DNA from: a virus
Lineage: Duplodnaviria > Heunggongvirae > Uroviricota > Caudoviricetes
Reading direction: 5' to 3' (one strand)
DNA: 43,713 bases
Virus record (IMG/VR): IMGVR_UViG_3300019755_000001
Positions 34,692 through 43,713 of the stretch are shown here, in pieces; position 1 is the stretch's first letter; every line of letters begins with the position of its first letter. A program made the position numbers and the translations under genes. The notes beneath the pieces are model-generated. The model did no database searches, was not told where the DNA came from, and saw nothing but the letters and a program-made list of their open reading frames with translations.

Positions 34692-35390
34692 CTAATCCTT
34701 GAACTCGTATTTATTTGCTATCTTTTTCAAGAATTCTCTACCTTCTTTACCAAAACAAGCATTTGATGCATCTATTGCATCCATTAACTCATCATGCATC
34801 TCTGTTATGTCTCTACCAACACCACATATTGCATATAATGTACCTTCTAAGTTGTACACAGGGCTTTTGTGTACTTCCAACTTCATTTGTTTACCATTTA
34901 TATTACCTAACTCCAGGAACCTTCTGGCTTTCTCTGTGTCTCTTACTATTACGTCTGAGTTAGCACACTTCTCACCGAATGTATGGTTTTCATTACCAAC
35001 CTTTTCTTTGAATAGTTTAGCAATCTCTGTATCTGTCTTACCTTGTAACTGTTCCCATGACATATCATAACAGAAATTCTTCATGAATATGTTGTTTGCC
35101 ATGATATAACGACCTTCAACGTCTTTGGCCCACACCATGTCTGGTAAATGGTTGATAACCTGCATAAACATATTATCAGATTCTTGGTGTTGTTGCTTTA
35201 ACTCCCGTAGTTCTGCTTGGTACTTTGATAGCATGATGTCCTTACAAGCAACGCAGTCAGACAGTGTCTTTAACCCGTCTTCTGCTTTACTCATTGATTT
35301 GCCTAATCCAAGTACATCCATGAAGTCTAGTACTGCACTGATCCATTTGTTTACTACTTTCATACTTGGTGTACGACCTTTGGAACACAC
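34692..35390 (-). CDS. Stand-alone PAS (PAS_4-like) domain protein
   Basis: VINHLPDMVWAKDVEGRYIMAN...LQGKTDTEI...LEVHKSPVYNLEGTLYAICGVGRDITE; start uncertain (GTG 35390 or ATG 35363). Confidence 0.88.
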   Translation of the reverse strand: MCSKGRTPSMKVVNKWISAVLDFMDVLGLGKSMSKAEDGLKTLSDCVACKDIMLSKYQAELRELKQQHQESDNMFMQVINHLPDMVWAKDVEGRYIMANNIFMKNFCYDMSWEQLQGKTDTEIAKLFKEKVGNENHTFGEKCANSDVIVRDTEKARRFLELGNINGKQMKLEVHKSPVYNLEGTLYAICGVGRDITEMHDELMDAIDASNACFGKEGREFLKKIANKYEFKD

Positions 35391-35418
35391 GTCACGACTA
35401 TGTAATTATTTATCATAA

Positions 35419-35913
35419 CTACTTACCTTTAATCAGGATATCTTTGTCCTGACTACCTTTACTTGACCCGTAGAAGAAGTTGATTATCGTTGCTACGATT
35501 GTTCCTAGTAGAAACCCAAGTATTGTATCAGCGAATCTCTCATTGCCTTCTGGTATCGTGATGAACGTAATACCGAATATGAACACAATTGCAGCTATAC
35601 TCCACAACGAAGCGAAGTAGTACACAAACCTCTTACTGAACACATCATCTTGTGCCAGCGCCTCTGCTTGCATTGCTCGGGCATTAGCTGTATTCTCAGC
35701 ATGATACTTCAGTAACTCACTCTCATGTTCTCTTTGGAACTTCTTTAGCTCCGCAATTTCTTCTTTACTTACTGACCCTTTTGTCAGATCAATACCAGTC
35801 TTCTCACTTACTAGTTCAATTGCTTTGTCAGCTCCACCTTCTATGGCATTGCTAAGCAAATCAAGTCCTTTACCAGCTAACATACTAACTATAGGCGCTA
35901 ATATTGGTAACAT
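35419..35913 (-). CDS. Putative holin
   Basis: N-terminal amphipathic LAPIVSMLAGKGL, coil, two TM segments ending ILGFLLGTIVATIINFFYGSSKGS, a common phage holin ending. Confidence 0.65.
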   Translation of the reverse strand: MLPILAPIVSMLAGKGLDLLSNAIEGGADKAIELVSEKTGIDLTKGSVSKEEIAELKKFQREHESELLKYHAENTANARAMQAEALAQDDVFSKRFVYYFASLWSIAAIVFIFGITFITIPEGNERFADTILGFLLGTIVATIINFFYGSSKGSQDKDILIKGK

Positions 35914-35934
35914 ATCTTATCCTTTCATGAGTGG

Positions 35935-36570
35935 CTAGAACCACCCAAACTCTAATCTTCCATCTTTTGGTCGATTACCAAACCCAGTTCCACCTAGGAA
36001 ACTCACATCTATCCAGAACCATTCACTTCTTGGTTTATCCGTCTCAAACTGCACATACTTGAAGTTGTACGCAGTATTTCTTAATGTCCACCAGAAAGCA
36101 GGTCTTACACTAAAGCACGGCTCTAGTTCATCCCCAAGGTCAAACGAATTACCATCGTCGCTGGTAACAGGTATTTCATCTACCCAACTATACCCTTTTA
36201 TATCTTTGTACTCTCTGAAAAACTTCTTTGAGCAGTATGTATCATTTGTCGAGTCATCATCTAACCAACCCCACACAACCCAATACCAAAACAAGTATTG
36301 TGTCTTACTAACTTTTCTATAGGCTATGAAACCGTTTCTTGTAGTATGCCAAGGATACCCCGTCAATACCCAACCTTTTCTATCGTCGTCCCACTTAGGG
36401 CTACGTGATAGTAGTCTAGCTAAGTATATATCATTCTGTAGCACATAGTTATACACAACACTTCTAGCAGGCCCTCTAAGCCAAACGACAAACCAGTACC
36501 ATATCATGCCTACTACTTTTCTTATCAACGTCCATATCATTATACCTATGAACTCTATGTATTTATACAT
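35935..36570 (-). CDS. Trp-rich phage membrane protein
   Basis: WGWLDDDS and WWTLRNTAYNF motifs; hydrophobic N-terminus. Confidence 0.6.
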   Translation of the reverse strand: MYKYIEFIGIMIWTLIRKVVGMIWYWFVVWLRGPARSVVYNYVLQNDIYLARLLSRSPKWDDDRKGWVLTGYPWHTTRNGFIAYRKVSKTQYLFWYWVVWGWLDDDSTNDTYCSKKFFREYKDIKGYSWVDEIPVTSDDGNSFDLGDELEPCFSVRPAFWWTLRNTAYNFKYVQFETDKPRSEWFWIDVSFLGGTGFGNRPKDGRLEFGWF

Positions 36571-36831
36571 TTATTCCCCTAAACTTTCTTTGCAGTGATT
36601 GTTTTCCATCTTCTTGAGAGCACAACAGACCACCTTATCAAACCAATTCGCCTTACCTTCTGTGATACGTCTACCTACATGTGAGCTAATTGTTTCGTCA
36701 TGTGAGCCGTTCCATAGCAGTACATTGAACATCTGATCAAGAACGAGTAGAAACCTAAAGCCTCTACTTCTTTTTTTAACATCGTTCTCAAACTTACAAA
36801 TTAGTAGTCTAACTTCTTCCGGTGTTCGCAT
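36571..36831 (-). CDS. Conserved phage hypothetical protein (DQ..N...DETISS family)
   Basis: LDQMFNVLLWNGSHDETISSHVG...HCKES, a motif typical near tail/lysis genes. Confidence 0.65.
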   Translation of the reverse strand: MRTPEEVRLLICKFENDVKKRSRGFRFLLVLDQMFNVLLWNGSHDETISSHVGRRITEGKANWFDKVVCCALKKMENNHCKESLGE

Positions 36832-36832
36832 G

Positions 36833-37363
36833 CTACTGAGCTTTGTACTTGTCTAGCCATATTGGATCAAGTCCAACGATAGCTTCTACTTCTTCTACGC
36901 TTGCGCAGAACCACAACTTGCTCATAAGAACTCCAGCAGCTCTCATAGCTTTACCTAACTCAGTTTGTGTAACAACAGCCATGCTATTGTCATACAACCT
37001 CCAGTTAATCTCTTCGTCACCAACTAGTGTGGTGATAGCCTTCTGCATTCTAGTAGTAGCAGTCTCATCACCGTCATAACCTAGCCCATCAACTTCTACT
37101 CTCATAATAGCAATAGCCTTTTCGATAGCGGCTTTAGCCTCAGCTTTGTACTTAGCCAGTGAAGCCGAAGCAGAGGCCTCGTTGTCAACTACATACTTGC
37201 CATCAACAATCTCATCAAGATAGAACTCTTCGTATCTACCTTCACCTAATTTTGTATACTTATCGCCAGCAAGCAACCATACAGACTCGTTTACTTTTGT
37301 ACTATCTTTGAAGTTGTAGAACTCATGCCTACCATCTTCATGTACTCTCACTCTCAATACCAT
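36833..37363 (-). CDS. DUF4376-like tail-fibre assembly/accessory protein
   Basis: VDGLGYDGDETATTRM...INWRLYDNS...VTQTEL. Confidence 0.7.
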   Translation of the reverse strand: MVLRVRVHEDGRHEFYNFKDSTKVNESVWLLAGDKYTKLGEGRYEEFYLDEIVDGKYVVDNEASASASLAKYKAEAKAAIEKAIAIMRVEVDGLGYDGDETATTRMQKAITTLVGDEEINWRLYDNSMAVVTQTELGKAMRAAGVLMSKLWFCASVEEVEAIVGLDPIWLDKYKAQ

Positions 37364-37364
37364 A

Positions 37365-38738
37365 CTACACTCCTGAACTTATTTTCAATATTCCAGTATC
37401 ATTCCATACTGTACCTATGATCAAAGGATCTACGGTTTCTAATCCCTTCAGTACTATAGTGCCAGAACTCAGGCCGTTTAGGTTTACTTCGTTTAGCACC
37501 AAACTAGGAACTATCTCACCTTTATCAACCGCTACCAAGTCTCCATTAACCACCTCAAACTTAGCCAGAGTACCATCAGGATTCTCTAGGTATGATTGTT
37601 GAGGCAGTGCAGCACCTAGTGTAGGTTGAGTTTTATACACAGATATATTATCGACATAATCATAAGTAGTAGCAGCAGTAGCCATAGCAAAAACCACACT
37701 GGATGTTCCTGTAACACTAGCAGTGAAGTTAAATGTGTAAGTACCAGTTACTGATATGTTACCTAATGTAGCACCCTCTACAAGTACTCTCATATAACCC
37801 CTTGTACCTACTATGTAGCTAAGTGTAACTGAGTACTCTTCTCCTGCAATTGTACTAATAGCAGTACTTACACCATTATTTGATGCATCACTTGCAAGTG
37901 ATGTAATCTTCATCCTACCAGAATCAAAACTAGCTATACAATCAGTACCATTAATCCAACCGTCTACATTACTGTCAAAAGTACCATTGCTAATTAACTC
38001 ACCACCACTAGTACTATACCAATTGCCATCAACTAACACCTCTCGGTTATCGTCAACAAACTCTTTAGTATACATACCGAAACTTGGTTTATTATCTACT
38101 CTTACATACGTAGAAGGAGCACCATTTACCGACTTTATGTATTTAAAACCATCAGAACCAAACCCGTTCGATGGAGTTATATTCGTAGTTCCTGTCAATA
38201 TTTCATTAGTTTGGGTAAAACCTGCAGTAGTATCAAATGAACCATACATAACTACAACATCTGTAACAGAAAAGCTAGTGGTGTTAATCACAGATAGAAC
38301 AGTAGGAATAAACCTAGAAGATACAATTGGTGCAGAACCTGTAGGTATATTATTCGTAATTTCTTGCTGAACAAATGCCGTGCTTGCCACTTTAGTTGAA
38401 CTATCATCAGCCGCTTGTGTTGGAACCTCAACAGTGCCTGAGAATGTCTTATCCCCTGTAATTGTTTGTGTACCAGCTAATGTAACTACATCTGCTGCAT
38501 TTGCCTTTAAGTCAAGTTCAGCTTGTTGCGCTGTGCTTACTGGTTTATCTGCATCACTGGTGTTATCAATGTTATCAATCTCGTCTTTTCGTGCTATGGC
38601 AATGTCATCAGTACCGTCATTGTAATACATCCGTCCAGCATCTCCACCAGCAATATAATTGTCAATCGACAAGTCACCCAGTGTGTTTGGGTTTGTTATG
38701 ACACCATCAGTGTCAATTTTTGTAATCTTTGCTCCCAT
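37365..38738 (-). CDS. Tail fibre/receptor-binding protein with carbohydrate-binding-like domain
   Basis: NIDNTSDADKPVSTAQQAELDLKAN, VTLAGTQTITGDKTF, KVASTAFV fibre motifs; ELISNGTFDSNVDGW CBM4/9-like start. Confidence 0.8.
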   Translation of the reverse strand: MGAKITKIDTDGVITNPNTLGDLSIDNYIAGGDAGRMYYNDGTDDIAIARKDEIDNIDNTSDADKPVSTAQQAELDLKANAADVVTLAGTQTITGDKTFSGTVEVPTQAADDSSTKVASTAFVQQEITNNIPTGSAPIVSSRFIPTVLSVINTTSFSVTDVVVMYGSFDTTAGFTQTNEILTGTTNITPSNGFGSDGFKYIKSVNGAPSTYVRVDNKPSFGMYTKEFVDDNREVLVDGNWYSTSGGELISNGTFDSNVDGWINGTDCIASFDSGRMKITSLASDASNNGVSTAISTIAGEEYSVTLSYIVGTRGYMRVLVEGATLGNISVTGTYTFNFTASVTGTSSVVFAMATAATTYDYVDNISVYKTQPTLGAALPQQSYLENPDGTLAKFEVVNGDLVAVDKGEIVPSLVLNEVNLNGLSSGTIVLKGLETVDPLIIGTVWNDTGILKISSGV

Positions 38739-38791
38739 ATATATCCTTTATTTTTACCATTTTATCTTGTTATAACTTATGGTAGTATTAA

Positions 38792-39013
38792 CTACCACTC
38801 AGTTATTGTATTATTGAAGTCTGCTAGTGGTACAACCTTGTACACTCCACCATTTTCACTATCCTGCACTATCACGCTATCACTACTAACTGTAGCTGAC
38901 TTCGTTTCCAGTACATCTGTCACTATTTCGTAACCTACTCCGTTGTACGAGTACATCACGCCATCTAGTTCTATCTCCTCGCCCAGTGTTGGGTTTGTTG
39001 GTAAGTTTATCAT
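38792..39013 (-). CDS. Small tail-associated protein
   Basis: NLPTNPTLGEEIELDGVMYSYNG fibre-type motif. Confidence 0.55.
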   Translation of the reverse strand: MINLPTNPTLGEEIELDGVMYSYNGVGYEIVTDVLETKSATVSSDSVIVQDSENGGVYKVVPLADFNNTITEW

Positions 39014-40299
39014 TATTTCTCTACTCCTAATTTGATTGATGCACTAACGTTGTCCCCAACACCATTATTAGCTGCGTGGTATGTTAGTATATAGTAATCT
39101 CCATTAGTGGCCCATAAGTTATCATCCTTAAGGTCAACAGGTCTACCATGATCTTGCTCAACTCCCATGAAGTATAGCTCGTCCATTTCACTTGGCAGGA
39201 AGTTCGTCACTTGATTTGCAGCTCCGTTCAGTCCTACAGCAAACTCCACATCATCTGACCAATTTGGCACCCAAGTATTTGCAACAATTGCATTTGGGTT
39301 TCTTGTTCTATATAACGCAAAATCCCCTTCGTCATTTGCCTTTATATCAAGTCCTTTAATCTGTATATCTCTTGTGTTGTATGCTTGATATGTACCAACT
39401 GTGCCATTTACTGTCCTTGTCTCAGGTACCCTGAACGCCAGTACTGCAAACTCATCTGCTTCTTCTGTACTATTAGTCCCAGTATGTGTAGGGAATCTCT
39501 TCTGTACCACTGACCCGAGTGTTTGTGTCTCTCTATCTCCACCTTCACTAGTGATGTCACAACAACCCATATACAGAACTGCATCAGCGTCATCCGTGTA
39601 TTGATACTCTAACATGATTGCATTTTCTTCCGTACCGATACCTAACCTAACGGCTGAACCTACTCTAGCTAATCCGCCTAACGTGTGCCCACCTTTTATA
39701 GCCTCGTATCGCACTGGTAGCGATGGATTGCTAACTGACAGTCCGTTTAACGTACCGAGTACTTCGTTGTTATCAGCATCTTGTAAATTGATAAACGTCT
39801 CGAAGTTACCAACACCTCTCCACTGTATTTGGATGTCATGTACATTACCTTTAGTAATGTCATATGTTTGGCCATCCACAGTAAGTGTAGCACCAGTCAT
39901 TGTACCTATTTCAGTGAACCTCTCACTTACTGTACCATCAGTCATTGTTCTTACTACCAACCCAAACTTACCGTTATTTGCATTTGGTATCCAACTTGAA
40001 TCACTGAATAAGTGCCCTCTATTTGGTTGGTATCCTGGGTGTTGTAGTGACTGTAATGTATTTCTAGCACCTAAGATTGTTGATGTTACTTTAGTAGAGC
40101 CATTCTCATCTCTTATATATGTATCAAGACCGTTACCAACTACTTCATTACCATTTAATAACTTCTTCCATGATTCTTTCTGGATACCCATTGTATTAAT
40201 TCCGTGGAACAAGCTCTTGTCCAACACCGCTTTGTTTCTACCCCACGCATCAGTCCCAAGGCTATTTGCGTTATTGTCTACTCTTCTGAAATTACTCAT
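39013..40299 (-). CDS. Virion structural protein (beta-rich, lectin-like)
   Basis: DAWGRNK, GYQPNRGHLF, HDIQIQWRGVG; located in the tail module. Confidence 0.6.
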   Translation of the reverse strand: MSNFRRVDNNANSLGTDAWGRNKAVLDKSLFHGINTMGIQKESWKKLLNGNEVVGNGLDTYIRDENGSTKVTSTILGARNTLQSLQHPGYQPNRGHLFSDSSWIPNANNGKFGLVVRTMTDGTVSERFTEIGTMTGATLTVDGQTYDITKGNVHDIQIQWRGVGNFETFINLQDADNNEVLGTLNGLSVSNPSLPVRYEAIKGGHTLGGLARVGSAVRLGIGTEENAIMLEYQYTDDADAVLYMGCCDITSEGGDRETQTLGSVVQKRFPTHTGTNSTEEADEFAVLAFRVPETRTVNGTVGTYQAYNTRDIQIKGLDIKANDEGDFALYRTRNPNAIVANTWVPNWSDDVEFAVGLNGAANQVTNFLPSEMDELYFMGVEQDHGRPVDLKDDNLWATNGDYYILTYHAANNGVGDNVSASIKLGVEK

Positions 40300-42540
40300 C
40301 TATACTATCCTCCATTGTGTTCCATCACTTGCTAAATCAACTGTCTCACCATCTAGTAAACCTGATGGTACAATACCATCAACGTCAACCGAATTGCCAG
40401 AATTGTCTATTCTCGTTACGCTGAACTCGTTTATGTTGCCAACAGCACTTGGTAGTGTAATTAGCACATCACTGTTTGAGGCATCAACAAACACTCTCTT
40501 ATACTTCTGCTCAACAACGTAGTCACTTGTTACTGTAATTGGTCCTCTAGTAGCATTAGTGAATGTTGTTCCTGCACTCCCGTTGGTTTGTAGCCAAGCT
40601 GATGTTACACCGTCACTAACTCGTTTGTATAGTACTTCATTTGTTGTGTCTAACCACTCATCACCCACTTTACTACCGCCCGGCTCCGTTGCTGACTCGG
40701 TGTATGTGCCTCTAACAGACAATTGCTCTGTTAAGTCAGTTATTGCCTCAATTGGGTGACTATCTTCCCTGCTTCTGTCTCTTAGCTGGTCATGTCGTAA
40801 TGCAGCTGGTGTGTTTGTGTATGATGCACTACCATCACCAACTGTGTAGTTTACTATTTTATCACTGTTTGAGTCAGTGTTCGCAAATACTCTAATTCCA
40901 TATCGTGATAACGGATCAACTGTGAACGCCGTCTCAACTGTTTCGAACTCTCTATACACAGTCACATTATCAAGCTCTTTACTCTCTGATGTAAATAATG
41001 TAGTTTCGTCACCATTTGGAGCTCTCATGAACCCTTCATATCTTAACTTAGTTATTCCGTTGCTACTACTAACACCAGCATGGAACTTAGCTAACCAGCT
41101 ACCACCATCTATCTTATCAGTATCTATTGGCAGTTCGAACAAGTACACTTCACCTGCAGTTTCACCATTGTTACAAGTAATCTGCTTAACTGTTGGCGCA
41201 ACATCAGCTGTGTAGCTAAGTGTTTTATAGGCTGGATTTATCGTCGACTGTACGTCACTGAAATACAAGTTAGCTGCATACCCACCTGAACCTGCACTAA
41301 TTGTCAAGTCACCAGTACCTAGTACAGAATCGCCGTTTAGTGTTTTTATGTTTACTGTATCTACTAGTATATCTTGTTTTGTACTTAGTGCGTTAGCAAC
41401 TACTACTTCACTAGCTGCTGCATTAATCTCACTGATTCCTGCATTTGTTTCGCTTACACTAGAATTTGTCTCTGACACAGCTGCATTTGCAGCACTAGTT
41501 GCGGCCAGCCCAGCATCTATACTAGCTGAATTTTCACTAGCAAGTGCATTTGTCTCTGATAATCCTGCTACTGTCTCACTATCTTTTGCGTTATTCTCAC
41601 TCACTAGTGCATTCCCAGCACTAGTGTCAGCTGCATTGCTGTATGTTAGTGCGTTACCCTCACTTGCCGTAGCACTAATTGCTGCCGCACTAGCAATTCC
41701 AGCATCAGTATTTGCTGTTACTGCATCTGCTGCTGCTTTTATTGCATGGTGTTTTGCACTGAACTGCCCTAGTTCAACTTCAACGTCCTCATCTTCCTCT
41801 GCCCATTGTTCTGCTTTATCTCTAGCAGCTTCTGACTGTGTGATTGCAGTTGTTGCGGCTAGTACCAAATCATCTACCTGTCCAAGTAATGATATGAACT
41901 CTTCTCTAGTTCCTGTGAACCCACCTTCAACAGCATATGTGTATGCACTATCCCCATTCTGGATTACTATTTCACCAACATGTGTGTTTTCATCTTCATC
42001 AGCATATGCGGCATATGTATCTTTGTTCCCGCCTGTGCCAACTTCTGCTTCCTCTTCACCGAACTGACCGTACCCAACAGCAGGTACTATGTCACCATTT
42101 GGTAATTGGCTTGATATATGTACTATATGGTGTATGTTTCTACCATCAGCTCCTCTTATACTACTTGTTGTTGTGTATTCGAATCCATCACTGAACTCTA
42201 GTGTTAATGTGTAGTCAGGGTTCATTGTTATGTCTGTTACAGTCAACGCATCTGCATCTTGACCGTCGTTTCCATCTACTCCATTTGTTCCGTCTACCCC
42301 AGCAACTCCTCGCAAATCTTCAGTTGTGTGTGTTGATCCGTCACTGAACGTTAGTGTGAATGTACCATTACCATTGTTTACTGAGTTTGTTAGCGTTAGT
42401 GCAGCTCCATCTATTCCTATAGGCCCTTGTGGTCCTGTATCCCCTGGTACTGTACTCTTGAACACTTCAGCATTAGCTGCTATGTAGCTGTTTGACGCAT
42501 CTGCTATTAGCGTGTGTAAGTTTACTATATTTGTTGGCAT
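40300..42540 (-). CDS. Long tail fibre with collagen-like and Ala/Ser-rich repeats
   Basis: GDTGPQGPIG, GVDGTNGVDGNDG, duplicated LTL.FSDG..TT...RG units, (A/S)ETNA repeats, NIKTLNGDSVLGTGD, HPIEAITDL. Confidence 0.8.
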   Translation of the reverse strand: MPTNIVNLHTLIADASNSYIAANAEVFKSTVPGDTGPQGPIGIDGAALTLTNSVNNGNGTFTLTFSDGSTHTTEDLRGVAGVDGTNGVDGNDGQDADALTVTDITMNPDYTLTLEFSDGFEYTTTSSIRGADGRNIHHIVHISSQLPNGDIVPAVGYGQFGEEEAEVGTGGNKDTYAAYADEDENTHVGEIVIQNGDSAYTYAVEGGFTGTREEFISLLGQVDDLVLAATTAITQSEAARDKAEQWAEEDEDVEVELGQFSAKHHAIKAAADAVTANTDAGIASAAAISATASEGNALTYSNAADTSAGNALVSENNAKDSETVAGLSETNALASENSASIDAGLAATSAANAAVSETNSSVSETNAGISEINAAASEVVVANALSTKQDILVDTVNIKTLNGDSVLGTGDLTISAGSGGYAANLYFSDVQSTINPAYKTLSYTADVAPTVKQITCNNGETAGEVYLFELPIDTDKIDGGSWLAKFHAGVSSSNGITKLRYEGFMRAPNGDETTLFTSESKELDNVTVYREFETVETAFTVDPLSRYGIRVFANTDSNSDKIVNYTVGDGSASYTNTPAALRHDQLRDRSREDSHPIEAITDLTEQLSVRGTYTESATEPGGSKVGDEWLDTTNEVLYKRVSDGVTSAWLQTNGSAGTTFTNATRGPITVTSDYVVEQKYKRVFVDASNSDVLITLPSAVGNINEFSVTRIDNSGNSVDVDGIVPSGLLDGETVDLASDGTQWRIV

Positions 42541-43035
42541 CTACCACTCCTCATTTTCGTTTATTTCGGTGATTATATCATTTTTTAGTGCTTCTGTGTC
42601 AACATTACCAGTTACTACTACTGACGTGCCTGTATTAATATCACTGTACTCATTCACTTCAACCGTTAGCATACCGCTGACAGCATCGTAGGCAAACGTT
42701 GGTATTGGTGTTAATCCATTTAACCCATCAACCCCTTGAGGCAGTTTGAACTGTAGCTCACTACCAACTAATTCAACTTCTGGTGGTGTGCCAGCCGGAA
42801 GCGTCTCTACTATTGTTGCTGTTAGGTTCTCCAAATCTTCTATCTGTTCCTGTACTTCAGTCAGATCCAAGTCAGCTATTGCACTTATATCAGCTAACGT
42901 ATCCTCCTCAGCCAACGCAAGTATTGCAGGCAAGTTAGCATTTATATTAGTTACTGCATCTACTGTTGTGTTATCCACATTTCTATCGATTGCTACTTGT
43001 GGTTTGTTTAGTGATGTTACTCTAATCATACCCAA
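42541..43035 (-). CDS. Tail-associated protein
   Basis: TLPAGTPPEV...FKLPQGVDGLNG fibre-base motif; tail module position. Confidence 0.6.
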   Translation of the reverse strand: MGMIRVTSLNKPQVAIDRNVDNTTVDAVTNINANLPAILALAEEDTLADISAIADLDLTEVQEQIEDLENLTATIVETLPAGTPPEVELVGSELQFKLPQGVDGLNGLTPIPTFAYDAVSGMLTVEVNEYSDINTGTSVVVTGNVDTEALKNDIITEINENEEW

Positions 43036-43679
43036 CCTCCCCTTGTTACTGGTCTTGTGCTTAAGTTGTCTACTTCTACTAACCCCAACTTAACGGCCTC
43101 ATTACAACTGAACAGGAACTTTTGGTAGTGTGTTTGTGCATCTGCTTGTACCGAACTATCCATTGACCCATGTGCTCTGTAACCTATGTAATGTAGTAAT
43201 GGCTCTAGTAATTGTTTTGGTAATTGTACTGTCTTTTCTGTAGCTACGCCTTCACCAGCATCCTCGAACACTATTTCTTCTGGGTGTGCTTGGTATATAG
43301 CACTAACGAACGCGCCATCACCAGTTACTGGTATTTGTATTGAGTTGTACGTCGGTGTGAATATTGATCGTTCGTCATCTATTTCATTCAGCGGAACTCT
43401 ACCACCTTCATCATATGCATCCAGTATTGTTACTACCGAATCATCTGTTAGCGGATCTCCATTTACTGTTACTAGCGCACCATCTGTCCCATCTAAGTGG
43501 TACAGTGTTTTGCCGTCTTGTAATTCTATTAAGGCTTCTTCTACCTTCAGTAGGAATCGGCTATATAGTGCAATTAACCCCAAGTTGATGTAATCTACTA
43601 TCAACTCATCATTGTTTCTTGCTGCTATGTTTGACAACTCCCCTGACTTAGCTTGCCTAAGTATTGTTGATAACTTCAT
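43026..43679 (-). CDS. Head-tail adaptor, N4 gp67-like
   Basis: MKLSTIL...GELSN, INLGLIALYSRFLLK, LEPLLHYIGYRAH, C-terminal RGGW. Confidence 0.75.
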   Translation of the reverse strand: MKLSTILRQAKSGELSNIAARNNDELIVDYINLGLIALYSRFLLKVEEALIELQDGKTLYHLDGTDGALVTVNGDPLTDDSVVTILDAYDEGGRVPLNEIDDERSIFTPTYNSIQIPVTGDGAFVSAIYQAHPEEIVFEDAGEGVATEKTVQLPKQLLEPLLHYIGYRAHGSMDSSVQADAQTHYQKFLFSCNEAVKLGLVEVDNLSTRPVTRGGWV

Positions 43680-43713
43680 TTAGCTTATCCTTTGTGGACT
43701 AATTGATTAGCCA

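Noticed and set aside
35290-35320. c-type heme-binding motif in the PAS protein
   Set aside because: Sequence is CVACK, not CxxCH, and there is no signal peptide.
39614-42194. Long + strand ORFs opposite the tail genes
   Set aside because: Antisense shadows of clearly coding minus-strand genes.
1-43713. Genome-wide stop-codon reassignment suggested by the in-frame TGA at 4790
   Set aside because: All recognisable genes are full length under code 11, and TGA, TAG and TAA all terminate coupled genes.

Overview
Fragment of a lytic N4-like (Schitoviridae-related) podophage genome with two convergent arms. The left arm (+, 1-10988) is a nucleotide-metabolism/replication module (nrdA 5'-truncated, nrdB, DUF3310-like protein, thyA, folA, ATP-dependent ligase, MazG-like pyrophosphohydrolase), followed by phased repeats, a RepL-like wHTH gene and small early-type ORFs. 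The right arm (-, 43679-10981) is the late operon in N4 order: gp67-like adaptor, tail/fibre genes, lysis cassette, portal, gp58/gp57-like, major capsid, gp55/gp54-like, ejection proteins and virion RNA polymerase. Three features stand out. (1) An acyl-carrier protein + ketosynthase + GNAT acyltransferase cassette is translationally coupled into the virion operon directly before a hydrophobic Gly-initiated ejection protein, a candidate phage-encoded protein lipidation system. (2) The virion RNAP locus is split into three genes (2278+216+1239 aa) whose only four cysteines sit at the fragment junctions, suggesting disulfide re-stitching; the fragments also carry SNase, NADAR-like and HExxH domains. 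(3) A stand-alone PAS sensor lies inside the lysis cassette. All family calls come from motif reading and synteny; no database search was run.
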